A stretch of 55,615 bases of DNA, the filler included, from Basidiobolus ranarum (lineage: Eukaryota), in NCBI GenBank assembly GCA_040143965.1. It is 4 parts of 4 records of this genome, joined end to end, with 100 filler letters (N's around TTAATTAATTAA, not from the genome) between each part and the next. Parts side by side here need not be neighbours in the genome. Positions count along the whole stretch, not along the records: positions 1 to 13,848 come from JASJQH010007331.1; positions 13,949 to 27,789 come from JASJQH010007332.1; 2 more parts are not named here. The stretch is one strand, 5' to 3'. Positions 10,883-23,038 of the stretch are shown piece by piece. The notes beneath the pieces are model-generated. The model saw only the letters and a list, made by a program, of their open reading frames with translations. It ran no database searches and was not told where the DNA came from. The stretch's first letter is position 1. Each line of letters starts with the position of its first letter. Position numbers and translations under genes: made by a program.

Positions 10883-12534
10883 CTATCGTTTGCGTGCTAA
10901 TACAACCATGTTTCTGGGACTTTCTATTGGATCAAATATAGGAAGTAAGTCAACTTCACAGTCGTTCTCTTGAAGATAGCAAGCGCGGTCCATGAGTACT
11001 AAGGCCTCGAGTAACGGCGCCAGTAAACTTCTGATTGTCCAGAAAATTGCAAGTCTCTTGTGGAAGGGTAGATATTCTTGATAGTATTTGTGGAGAGTAT
11101 CACTAGAAACAGCATCGGAGGGATAATTTAGTCGGGCAAAAGCCGACTGACAGTAGACCTCGAAACTAACAAAGCAGTGTTTCCGCAACTTTCCGATCTT
11201 AGGTGGTTCATCAGTTATTTTGATTAATTCCTCTTTAACCATGATCAGCTATAATAGAAAGTATTAATATTTTGCGCGTTAAGATACTATCATTACCATT
11301 ATAACAAACCTGAAGCAGTGCTCTATAGAAATTGTGCTTGAAAAATTCAGCACCATTCTCATTATTGGACCATCTCTGTGGAGCTTGACAGGCTAGCATT
11401 CGAAGCGTTCTTCCCAAAAAATAGCCATCTGATTTCATTTTCCTACTCAAAGGGAAGCCCACGAAGTTTGGATTACTATCTGATTTTTCACTGAGTAAAT
11501 TGTAGCAACACCCAATGTTAAGCAAGAGCCGAGAGTCTGATTGAATGAACATGTGAGCCATGGTAGCAGAAAGGTCACCACATGCGTGAAGAGAACACAT
11601 TAACCACGGGTCATTTTCTTCCACAAATTGATGGATTACACTATTGAATGACTCGATGCTAACATGCTCATTGACTACTGTAAACTTTCCTATCTCAGTT
11701 GAGTTTGTATTTCCTTTCTTGTGTGCGAATTCAATTCGTTTGATGATATCATTGACTCTTTTCTTCGCTCCGCATGTTTGAATTTCATTATTATCAACAG
11801 CGATCACATCAAAATTACATTCACATGCTAACATACAGGAAAGATACCCTTGTCCTGCCCCGACATCGACTACTTTTCTTACCGAATGCTGCTTTGCAAT
11901 AGTTTCCACAAATCCAGTAAGTAAAGGAACCTGAAATTTAAAGAGTTTTAGTTGCGCACAAGCAACAGAATTAAGACCGAAATTAACCTCATGCTTTTTC
12001 TTGGGCGTCATTCCATTAAACCAGGAGCCGTCTTGTTGATGAATTCAGAGTGTATATTAAAGGTTGTTCTGTATAGTAAGAGAAAGGTCGTCGCAAATAT
12101 TTACCTTTAAACTCAGTTCTCAAAAAATCGTAGTTTTTAGTGGGTTGTCGATTTAATTCCAGTTTTTTGATAGTTTGTATAAGCTCACTTAATTCCAGTG
12201 GCCAGTCCTCCTAAAATTTAAAGTAATCGAGGTTTCCAAATTAGTAACTACTTCTTGAATTATTATAACCAAAACCAGCTCTAACCTGAACTTTATGTTT
12301 AGCAGCTAATTCAATAAGTTCTTCATAATCGTCAGAGATAAGTTCTTCTAAGTGTTTCCAAGAAGTGGGGATTCGTGTATCGTCCCAATGGTTTTGGGTG
12401 AAAAAATCAACAACGTGAAGCTGAAGAAACCAGCGATATTCGTCGATAAGCTTTGCTAATTGAAGGAGGTAAGTTTGAGTCGAGTGTTGATGACTCGGAA
12501 GGAATCCTTCTCGGTCTTGAAACGCAAAGTCCAT
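10883..12534 (-). CDS. METTL25/RRNAD1-like SAM-dependent methyltransferase, multi-exon
   Basis: HVVDFF, GMTPKKKHEV, VVDVGAGQGYLS, SLHACGDLS, GCCYNLL, ACQAP, LAPLLEALVLMDR, IFDPIESPRN. The introns can be resolved in frame. Confidence 0.88.
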
Positions 12535-13597
12535 TATTGACTATTTCACTTGAATATATACCTCAGTCGAAAAGTCAACCGAGGTGTTGACCAGTTAATC
12601 AAATCATCTTTTTTAACTGAAAATCTCAAGATGTAAAATTAGATATTATTTTTCCGACATAAATGTACATTGATAGGTTTTTTAATATTGGTAAAAATAT
12701 ATCAAATGATATTCATTAATCGTGAGATGTACCAGTCAGAGGTGAATTAGTACTAATGGGATGTAAAGACGAGATATGATTACAAAGTTGTGAAAAGAAG
12801 GAACGGACCGATTGGGTGAGTGAATAAAATAATAGAAGAGAAGAGTGCAGGGTATAGATATTGGAAGTGATACATCGAATGCCAAATCAGGCCACACACA
12901 TATATTCAATAATTATAAAAGTGCATTACTTGGATATTTCGGACAAAAGCAAGTACCATCGAGGTATGTGTATATATGGTAGTTCGGAAACCTGAAACTC
13001 ACGTTCATCATTCCCGTAGCAATAAATTTTAAGAGAGATGACTGTTTACTGGCAATGCCACCGACGAACATATCGAACCGTTTCTGTAGATCAATTCGGT
13101 TTTCTAGTCAAAATCGCTTAGAAAGCTACCCATCCCAGAACTTTCATGAGTCAGGATCGGAGAGAACTGCTCTCTTTTGACACTATCATCAAGAATAGTA
13201 AAAGCTTTGTGTATAGCTGAGATAGTATGCAGTCGAACATTTATACTGTATTATTCAGCAAATCACGTTTGAGAGCTTCATAGGATCCAAGATTAAAATT
13301 GTTAGATGGAGCTCTCCGAATTAACAGATGCTTCGTCATGGATTGGACAGCTCTTCAATATCCCCGTTGAAATATATCTTTTTCGTCTTGAAGTAGGTCA
13401 TTCAATAAAGCTTCACCTCGATATGTTCGTATTCTCTCTGGAGATCTTTTTTTCTAATCGTCCATAATCAGATCAAACAGAACTTTAGTATGTGTATACA
13501 CGAAGATGGATCAGTGGCTAGCAAGCATGTAGCTTATTGTTGAGTAGATATTTTATTGCACAACTTTAAATCATTGCAATCAATCACGAAATATACA

Positions 13598-13848
13598 TTA
13601 GATTATCATACCCAAGTTTGATTGTTCACATTTTTTCAAAACAAAGCTAGCAAGAGAAATGTCAGCTACAGCAGTGCCTACACATTTAAACAATGTAATG
13701 TCTTTTTCATGACGTCGAATTATGTCCAAGGTATTTTCGTTGCTGTACTGACAAATCTCACGAAGATCAGCAAGTAAATCGCTTCTTTGAATAATACCTT
13801 GATGGAGGGCCTGAATCAGTTCACCGCTTTCTTCAAGACAACCTTCAT
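13598..13848 (-). CDS. Ornithine cyclodeaminase/mu-crystallin family protein, C-terminal fragment (cut by contig end)
   Basis: Not in the ORF track. Manual translation gives EGCLEESGELIQALHQGIIQRSDLLADLREIC...RRHEKDITLFKCVGTAVADISLASFVLKKCEQSNLGMII*, matching the family motif ITLFKSVGxAxxD. Confidence 0.75.
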
Positions 13849-13948
13849 NNNNNNNNNNNNNNNNNNNNNNNNNNNNNNNNNNNNNNNNNNNNTTAATTAA
13901 TTAANNNNNNNNNNNNNNNNNNNNNNNNNNNNNNNNNNNNNNNNNNNN
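13849..13948. other. Artificial contig linker (N run with TTAATTAATTAA)
   Basis: 100-nt N spacer with a six-frame stop sequence; genes are truncated on both sides. Confidence 0.98.
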
Positions 13949-14773
13949 CAAGCTATAAAATCCGGTCGAGAAAATCGCCACCGTAAAGATGCTCCTACTG
14001 ATGAACGCAATCTAGATACTATTCCGGAAGCTTCAAACATGGAGAGCAGTCATAGTGAAGAGATTAGTAGTAACCCATCCACTCCCATCAGAATACAAAA
14101 CCATTCGCCAAGTAGGGCGAATAAGGATCTACCTTCCGGCTCAGAAACTCTACCAAAGAGAAAACCCAAATCAGCCTGGTTGCCCTCATCTGTTACTCAA
14201 TCTCGAAGAGCTGAGGAGTTTAATTCCGAGCATGCTGAGCAAAGTTCACTTAGTTCTCCAGATCTTTACGTCAAACCAGTTTTTTTGAAAGGGTTATTTT
14301 CTGTAGCCACCACCAGTACTAAGAAACCCAGCGTCATCCGAGCTGATATTCTTCGTGTATTAGACGATCTGGGCTATACCTGGCGTGAAAGCTCTGGCTA
14401 TTTTGAATGTATTCAAGGTGGTCGATTCTCAGCAGGATCCAATCCTTCTAGAGCAGAGAACTCAGAACACACCAATTCTTTTGCTTCTACCAAATCTATT
14501 GATCAAGAGGGAGCCACTACTCAACATCCTGAAATCCACAAAGGCACCTCCAATACTAATAGCTTACAAAGCTCTGCATCCACCACTACTTCTGAGCATC
14601 ACAATGAAGATATTAGCGGTCACGGAGAAGAAAATCCTGTTAAATTCCAAATCTCTATAGTTAAAATGCGCTGGCTACTGGGGCTTCATGGTCTGCAATT
14701 TAGACGGCTATCAGGTCACCCATGGGAATATAAAAATGTTTGTCAGCAAATATTGCACAAGCTGAAGTTGTAA
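13949..14773 (+). CDS. Kin1/MARK-family kinase, C-terminal part with KA1 domain (5' truncated)
   Basis: Open from the contig start. KPVFLKGLFSVATTSTKKPSVIRADILRVLD and KFQISIVKMRWLLGLHGLQFRRLSGHPWEYKNVCQQILHKLKL*. Confidence 0.88.
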   Translation, partial: QAIKSGRENRHRKDAPTDERNLDTIPEASNMESSHSEEISSNPSTPIRIQNHSPSRANKDLPSGSETLPKRKPKSAWLPSSVTQSRRAEEFNSEHAEQSSLSSPDLYVKPVFLKGLFSVATTSTKKPSVIRADILRVLDDLGYTWRESSGYFECIQGGRFSAGSNPSRAENSEHTNSFASTKSIDQEGATTQHPEIHKGTSNTNSLQSSASTTTSEHHNEDISGHGEENPVKFQISIVKMRWLLGLHGLQFRRLSGHPWEYKNVCQQILHKLKL

Positions 14774-15156
14774 AGCCTTGAAATCTTTTTATTTTGATCA
14801 GTTCCTGGCTTCAGATTATCGTTGATGTATCTTTAATATTCACTAATATATACATACTCCGTCATCAAAATTGTAATTTTCTTGTAACCGTGCACACCAT
14901 ATCAGATTCACTTGTTCACTCTGGAACCTTCACTACCTGAATATTTGTCTAGATGAAGTTTACAGAAACCCTAAAATAATCCTTTCGGCCCTCAGGCAAA
15001 ATTAAATCCTTATTAGCAGAAAGCATTATCGTTCCCAGAAGATAACATGGTGGTGCATATATAGATTTCAATTGACTAATTGTAATATAGATTAACTAAG
15101 TCTTATCCAGTTTAATCAGTAATATGGGTAATAAATGTGTGCTAGGATTTCTGAAT

Positions 15157-16369
15157 TTAGAGCTTTGGAGTAGTTTTTGATAGAGTTTGCATGAGTTTGA
15201 TAGCTTCTTGATAACACTCTTGAATGATCTGTCCAGCTGGCTTTATAGAATTTACTAAACCTACTCCACTTCCCGCGAAAATGACCTGAAAGTTTCACTA
15301 TTGGATTAATACTTATCAATTGCGATTCTTCTGTACTTAAACTAATCACTACCCCAGTATTAGGATCGCCATCAGCCATGGCTTTTTGGAAGCTTGGTTT
15401 GAGATCTTTAACCTGGGTAGAATTCAACCGTAACTGTGCAACTTGACGTGTGGTCACATTGGTTAATACTCTCCCATCATAGGTTTCAAAATCCCAAGGT
15501 ATCTCGCGTAGTTGATCGAAGATGTGAGTTCGAATGGTCGATTTCCCACCATCCTTAGTGGCAATAATTTTCTCTTTAAAATTTGGATGGAGTAAACTAA
15601 GGTATGTGTTAGTGTACGATTTGAAATAACCCAAACAGGCGTCTTCCATTTTACCTTTCAGGGCTTCCTAATAAACTAGTTCCTAAAACCACTCCATTTG
15701 CACCTAATGATAAAGCAGCTACAATGGCTCTTCCATCAATAATTCCGCCAGCAGCCAGTAATGGTACTTTGCCATCTAACCGATCAGCGATCTCGGGTAT
15801 TAAAGTCAATGTAGAACCATTTGTCTTAGCGCCATGTCCACCTGCTTCATTACCCTGTCCAACAATAACGTCCGCTCCATAGTTGGCCATTTTAATGGCT
15901 TCATCAACACTTTGTACTTGTACAAAAATACTGGTCGTAGGAGAGTGTTTACGAATATGCGAGAACCATTTTCTACAGTCCCCAAAAGAGAACCAAATAG
16001 CTTTAGGCTGGTACTTGAGTATATCCAATAACAGTTGTGGATACATATCTAGGTGAAATGTTATGTATCCAATGCCAATAGGGGTCTGACTTTCCTCATT
16101 CCCCAAGTTTAGTTTCCTCCGAGCTTTTTCAATCTCTTCCACCAAGAGTTTGGACTCTTTCATATAACCTAGAAAAGAAAGGGTCAAAGTCATTCTTTTA
16201 AACAGTGTCTTGAGGAAACTTGTTCAATTGATTTACCGGCGGCAATGAAACCTAAACCACCTGCTTTAGTTACCTCCGTAGCTAGAGCGTAACCAGATAC
16301 ACCAGCCATGGGTGCTCCCACTATAGGAATTTTCAACTTGAATAATGAAGAAAATTTAGAATTTGACAT
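15157..16369 (-). CDS. Nitronate monooxygenase (2-nitropropane dioxygenase) family, 4 exons
   Basis: PIVGAPMAGVSG, AGGLGFI, GADVIVGQGNEAGGHG, AAGGIIDGRAIVAALSLGANGVVLGT; last exon VIFAGSGVGLVNSIKPAGQII...PKL*. Confidence 0.9.
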
Positions 16370-17345
16370 GGTGAATGGAAATATCAAGTTGCTGTAGCGA
16401 AGACTATCTAATATTATGTTATCCTCAAAGAAAACCCCACTACTTACACCTGCTAAGCCTCATCAGTATCACATGACATTCATGGCAGTGTCATCCAAAC
16501 ACTGTTTAGTGACACAATTCATCACTCATTGGATAATCAAATCGCTATTAGACTAGAACTCACATGTTATGCTTGATGAGTCAAAAGGAGTGAAGTAGAC
16601 AATACGCGTATCACTTGTCCAACTGATTCCTAATTACTAAGCGTGGTAAATTCATAACACGCAATGTGACTTTTTTACGTGATACACATTATATAGACTT
16701 TCACCTTAAGAATGGAGGAACTCAACCACTTAGGTCACTTTGGCTAAAATAAGCAAATATCTATTTATTTTAAGTAAAGTTATTGAGAAGCACTACAATG
16801 GAGAGGAAAAATGTTACCATCCTAATAGATTGCAGTTGTCTCAGAACCGCTGCCTCTCAAGCGAGATTTCACAAGCTGCTAAGTACAAAATTCCATATGG
16901 AATCTGCATCCAACGCCAAGCCCGAAAGAATTATTTATAGAAGATTCAAAGTTGTAACAACCCAGATAACTCGTTCAGACCATTGGTGCATTGCTCAAAA
17001 GATCTATCAATGGTACTCCAATGTGCTATGTATCCGACATCAGTGAATAAAACCATATGCTTACGATTAGCAATACGCAACGAATTACAGCAATTGCAAC
17101 ATACGATTTTGTGCAAGTTGTGCCGACAAATTTTCTAAATAGCACCTATTTGAGTAACTGAAAATCAACCAGTTATTTCGATACGAGATTGCTCAATCTT
17201 TGAACAATTTTCTCATTATTTATTGGCTATTAGAAGACGTAATCAATGTTTGGTGGCTGGACTTTTACGTAAAGGATGGGCTCCTTATTAAGTTATTCCT
17301 TACCAACGTTTCTTCTAAAGGTTCTTTTTCCGGAATAAATCGGAT

Positions 17346-19531
17346 ATGTCTGATACTAACAAGAAAGAGCAAAAGCCCGAAGATTTGGTTAGAGACAAGG
17401 TTGACCAACTATTCAACAACCTAAGCAACCTAGGCTCATTTTCGGGTGGTTTTATCACTGACACTCTAGACAATGACTTGATTAGTATGTATTTCCTCGA
17501 GAGTTGTATGAATCTTATCTTATTGACTAAAGTTGGTTTTTAGACATTGCTTACATCCGTTCCCAACGTGATGACGTCAGACAAGCTAGGCGTAAAGTAC
17601 TCAGCAACTTGATTGTGTCGAAAGATGCGGCGGGAAAACCCAAAGTCATTTATCGAAGTGCTGCATTAGATGTAGGAGATGTAAGCCTACAGACGCACTC
17701 GCCCTCGGGCAAGTTTAATAGTGTTCTAAGGACCGTTAATACTTCTAAAGGGGAAAAGAAGCGCTATGTGGAAATATGGAAAAATAATTACTTGATACTC
17801 AATGTTGAAGTAACTAAAGAACATGGTGACTTTTATACAGATGAAACGTTCGGAGCTTTATCTTGGTCTGCCGATGAGAACAAGGTTGTTTATGTTGCGG
17901 AGAAGAACATACCTGATGATTCAAAAGTCAAGTTTGATCTGAAGTTTGATTGGGGAGAGCGTTTCAATAAGAAGAATCCACCTACTCTTGTAGTCCTTGA
18001 TATTTCAGAGAAAAAGGTGAATATCGTGGAGTTGGAGTATCATGGGTCACCCGGACAACCAATATTCAATTCGAATGGAAAAATCATATTTACGGGCTAT
18101 GAGACAGAGCCTAGGTATTATGGCATCGTTTTCTGCCACAACAGAAGAACTGCCATTTAACAAGTGAATGATGATGGTACAGAATTGCAAGCTCTTACCA
18201 AGAAGTTTGCATCTGTTAGATCTCCCCGTCTCAGTCCCGACGGTAGCACTTTAGTCTATCTAGGAAATAAGGCCGGTGGACCTCATAACATGTGTACTAG
18301 TTTGGTAAAGTATGATTTTTCTTCTCAGAGCACTGAAGTACTCACCGAAGTAGTCGATGAAGCGAGTGTGAAGGAGTTCCCTGGCCTTTTCGTTGCCCAA
18401 CTGCCTAAACATTGTTGGACTACCCTCAATAATGAACCTCACTTAGTTTGCCATACTTTATGGAGAAGTCGTAAAACTATCATTGGAATTAGCTTAAGCA
18501 CTGGAGGGGTCATCGATCTAACTCCCAAGGAGGAAAGTGGCTCGTGGACCATTTTCTATGCTAGCGAAAAGAAACTTCTAGCTACAAGAAATTCACCCAC
18601 ATCCCCTTCAACATTAGTGCTTGGTGAAGTTTCTGAGGGTAGAAGTGAAGTTCAATGGGATGATTTGGAGGAGACAGAGCTAAATGAATCTCAACCGATA
18701 TTAGCTAAATTGAATTGGAAACTACACAGATTTTCTGAGCGTGGTGAACACTTGGAGGTAATCTTGTTGAAACCAAACGCCGAGGATCAAAGTGCTACTT
18801 TAATTGGCGGAGATAAGCCAGCATTGATTGTATTTCCACATGGTGGTCCTCATTCGGCATTCACTACTGACTTTTCCGTTTATGCTGCCGGATTAGCAAG
18901 CCTTGGCTTTGGCGTAGCTATGATCAATTACTCTGGGTCGATTGGGTTTGGTCAAAGTAAGGTTGATGCGTTGATTGGTAAAATAGGAGATCTGGAAGTA
19001 GAAGATGTTCATTTCTCTGGTAAGAAATTAATTGAACTTGGCGAAGTAGACTCGGAACGTAGATGCCTATTTGGTGGGTCTCATGGTGGATTCATATCAG
19101 CTCATTTAGTTGGTAAATATCCTGACTACTACCATGCCTGTGTGATGCGTAATCCAGTCATCAATGTGGGTGAAATGGTAAACAAAACCGATATTCCAGA
19201 TTGGTGTTTTTCTGAAGTAGGAGAATCATATCACTTCGAAAAACCAAACGTAGTCACACCCGAGCTTTACAAACAAATGTTCGACTCATCACCCATCTTG
19301 AACATTGATAAAGTGAAAACCCCCACCCTGTTGCTTCTGGGAGAAGGGGACAGACGCGTGCCACCGGAACAAGGGCTAAACTGGTGGTATCATCTGAGAG
19401 GAAAGAAAGATTATGAAATTGACCTGAAGATGTTCCCAGATACCGGACATTCTTTAGACAGCATGGATGCTGAGAAGTTTGGATTTATCGAGTTGTCTAC
19501 CTTCTTTGTAAACCACTTTGCTTCTCGCTAG
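17346..19531 (+). pseudogene. Acylamino-acid-releasing enzyme (APEH, peptidase S9C) with one in-frame TAA at 18158-18160
   Basis: Intron 17485-17543; beta-propeller region; PHGGPHS, GGSHGG (Ser), DRRVP (Asp), GHSL (His). The reading frame continues unchanged across CHNRRTAI*QVNDDG and there is no usable intron at that point. Confidence 0.75.
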
Positions 19532-19832
19532 TTACCACTGGAATAGGAATCGTTCTTCGTGTTCTAAGGTAGCTGATATTGTAATATTTTTGAATCTATT
19601 GCTGATCATCTCTACGTGCAACTCGCAATAAAGCAAACGAGTTCTTCGAAATCATTTTCTGTTTCTTGGGTTTTAACATATTTAATTTGAAATATTTCTA
19701 TCCAGAAAAGTATAAAAATTCAACCAAATAAAGTATTTTACATTAAAAGAGGGATCACAGACTCCAAATGAACGAGATATATCCAACACCACGCGACAAC
19801 AGATAGACAGTAGGTTTCAAACGATGAATATG

Positions 19833-21187
19833 TTAGTTGTGCTTAAAAAACACACAAATATTCGTGGTATTGTCATCAAAATCCGCACGTTTTTGAGCTT
19901 CTAAGCTGAATTCAGGTATCTGCCGAGTGGCTTCTTGAACCTCGATTGGTGAGTATTTGCCCACCAGATCAACAGCCTCTTGGCTTTCAACTCCTTGCCA
20001 AACCCCATCAGTAGCTATTATTAGGAACCTATCTTCTGGCTGAATATCGTATATTTTGATTTCGGGTTGGCATAATACACCAAGTCGTCGCGCTGTTTTG
20101 CCAGTAAAAGGTTAGACTATGTTCAACGAAGGATACAGTATTTGCTATCAACATACCTGATGAATCTCCGAAAGCTCGGGTCATTGCAAGTCTACATCCC
20201 AGACAAGATGAGTAATTTATCATGCTATCATAAACATTTCAATTGACATACCCAGGGTACGGCAGTGAGCCCTTGAAGATTCGAAGAGGTCCTATATAAT
20301 GCAATTTTAATGAGTGAGATGATGGTAAAATTAATAACTATTAGGAGTGTAATTTCATACCATAAAAATCATCACCAATCTGGAGTTGCTCAACACGAGC
20401 ACCAAAGCTCTTAACCCTTTCGACCTCAACCGGATTCTCGCATGAATGGTCCCTACTCGGCATATTCCATCAATATTCTTGATCATACAGAAACATAAAA
20501 TGAATGGTATATACTCTGAAAGTGAAATGGCTTTCAAACCTCGGCTTGTTTCTTTAGCTAAAACAGCACGACTATCACCAAGATTGATTACTATTAATTG
20601 ATTTTTCAAAACCATTACCAACACCGCAGTAGAGCCACTAAGATACGTATCAATGGTACTCTCTTCGCACAACAATTCATTGACCATTTCAAACAGTTGA
20701 GTCAATGATTTTTCTATATTCTGATTGAGTGCCTCTTTATGAGAATCGATGAGTTGAGTAAGCGTGGTTTTAACGAAACGTGAGCAGGAATCTCCCTATG
20801 TTTCAAAAGTAGAATTTCACAGTTGAATAACGATACCAAATATAAACCAACTGTTAGTGTACTGTGGATTACATATGTGCCATGTCCGTCAAATACACCA
20901 TATAAGCTGCATATATCTGAATTAAACAGCGAGTTGACAATTACTGCGTCGTCTTGCTATCAAAAAAGAAACCACAAATAAAGGTCCAACATTGTATAGG
21001 AATGAAATGCGAGGAAATGTAAGGAAAACAAGTCAGTATCTTTCAAGTGTCAATGATAGATATACACTATGTGTATTTCTTTAAATAGCTTGTTTACCTG
21101 AACTTCAACGTTTCCGATGTCAGTTGAATGTGCGGAAACCACAGAAAAGTTACTAGTCATCGATGGAAAGTTTCTTAGTTTGTAACC
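19833..21187 (-). CDS. PP2C (PPM) protein phosphatase, multi-exon; 5' end unresolved (may extend to ~21800)
   Basis: Spliced motifs QQDDA, GVFDGHG, SGSTA, NLGDSRAVL, EDHSC..EVERV, PYPGLAMTRAFGD, FLIIATDGVW, DDNTT. Confidence 0.85.
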
Positions 21188-22140
21188 TAGAGTAGGAGTG
21201 AATCTGAATTTCTCTAATTGACTTGATGTAACAGTACTACTTGTTATGAATATGGCGATGAGGCTTAAATTATATCTATTGAGAAGTTGTTATCAGTCAT
21301 GAAAGCTCACACAAAATGCATCTAATTTCGTGCTGCAGCTAATATCCGGCTACCGATCACCAGTTCTATCATCTTTTTTAGCAGGATAATGGTCATCCTC
21401 AGCTGGAAATATTATTTGGTAAACTTTATGTATAACACAAATGTTCTGAGTAGGTTACTTGATAAGCTACGCAATGTAATATCTCATGTATAATAACCAG
21501 TCCTATTGATTTACTGGTGAAAATAATCCTCCGGAGTACTGTTTGTATTACTTGGAAAATATCAATATGCACAAAGCCTATTAATGTATTTAAGGCACAT
21601 TCATACACCCTACAAAAACAAGCCCACCTGCAAACGGGGAAGAAAAGAAAGGAAGTGCTCAGCATCACTATTTGGGGCATTGACATTATTTATTTGTAGT
21701 AAACATGATGAGTGCTCTCAAAAACGTGTTGAACTCTGGTCACACTATCTATGGATATCATTGCAACGTTCAGGCTATAATATCAAATTTTGAATACACA
21801 AGTAATCAGGTTTTTCTACAATCAAACTGATCTTACTTTATTTAGATTTAAAGAACGCTCCAACCAAGTGTACTATTATGGCCTACCGACATGAAGGATT
21901 AGACGAATGGCACATACTTGCAATAATGCCCAGTATATGTCTGAACCTCTCCATTGCAAAGACTAATTGGTTAGTCATTGAGTTCTTTACATATTAATAA
22001 TAATCAAATAGAGGCACATTATATTACAAAGTAATGAGAACAAGGTTCTGCGCTTGCTCAATATGAGCATTTCAGAGTTTCTATCACTTTAGAGAAAAAT
22101 GCAACAGTTATCGTAATAAATATAAATTTTACGAAGTGCC

Positions 22141-23038
22141 TTACTTCAAGAAAGGCATTTGCGAATTCGGTCTTAGAACCAACATTAAACTATCGCTACA
22201 ACCGGAACTGATCGCTTCCATTAGAATTTCGCCCAAGAAAGACGATTGAAAACCAAATGAAAACTTGCGAAGTTCCGGTACAGCTTTGGTTGCAAGTAAC
22301 ATATTCTGAACAATGGAAATATCTTCTTCGACTACATAGCTCAAAAATGAAGTTCCAATCATTGAAGTAGTCTCGTAGCCTAGTAAGAAGCTAGCTGCTT
22401 TAGAAGTATATTGAATGATATGTAGTTTGGTGAAGCGATCTATAATCAAACATACGCGAGGCTCCAATGATGGGTCCTCACAATCTTCTATGCTTGCCTC
22501 AGGAAGCGATATTACCCGATGGAATTGATCCTAGCTTGGAGATGATAAATCAGAAACCAACGTATTCTATTAGTATCGAGGAAAGACAGCTTACGTAAGA
22601 GATATGGTAGTTGAGTAGTATTCTTTGAATTGGAGAGTAGAGATAAGCTAGGTTATGAGATATTTGAGCAAGTGAAGCTACAAATTTTCTAAGCACTAGA
22701 TTTGACTTACTCAATATTGCCGCCTCCATGGATTCTCGCAAATTAAATATGCAAGCTACAACGTCGTAACATAAAACACCTACAATTTCCACTGAGATAT
22801 AACGCCCAGTTTTATGTCGCATTCGACACACGAGAACGGAGCCGAATGTATTGTCTCGAATACTTGCTAGGAACAAGCCCATAATAGAGTCAACCTCATC
22901 GGGGTGATAAAAGTCTAGCCAGCTTTTACTAATTACTTCCGCAGGCTCATGCCCAAGAACTTCGCAAATAGATTCCGATACATATATGAACTTTGCGTAT
23001 GGAGTAAGGTTAAATAATCCTATGAAAGCTGGTTGCAT
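22141..23038 (-). CDS. Small dual-PAS-domain protein, 3 exons
   Basis: PAS1: FIYVSESICEVLGHEPAEVI...FYHPDE...RMRHKTGRY. PAS2: EPRVCLIIDRFT...LLGYE..IGTSFLSYVVEED. A short middle exon restores the phase, and there is no output domain. Confidence 0.8.

Noticed and set aside
12990-13480. Degenerate coding-like stretch on the minus strand (ERIRTYRGEALLNDLLQDEK; LENRIDLQKRFDMFVGGIA)
   Set aside because: Multiple stops and no recognisable family; cannot be supported without a search.
16740-17160. Short Cys-containing ORFs between the nitronate monooxygenase and APEH genes
   Set aside because: No consistent frame, signal peptide or homology recognisable.
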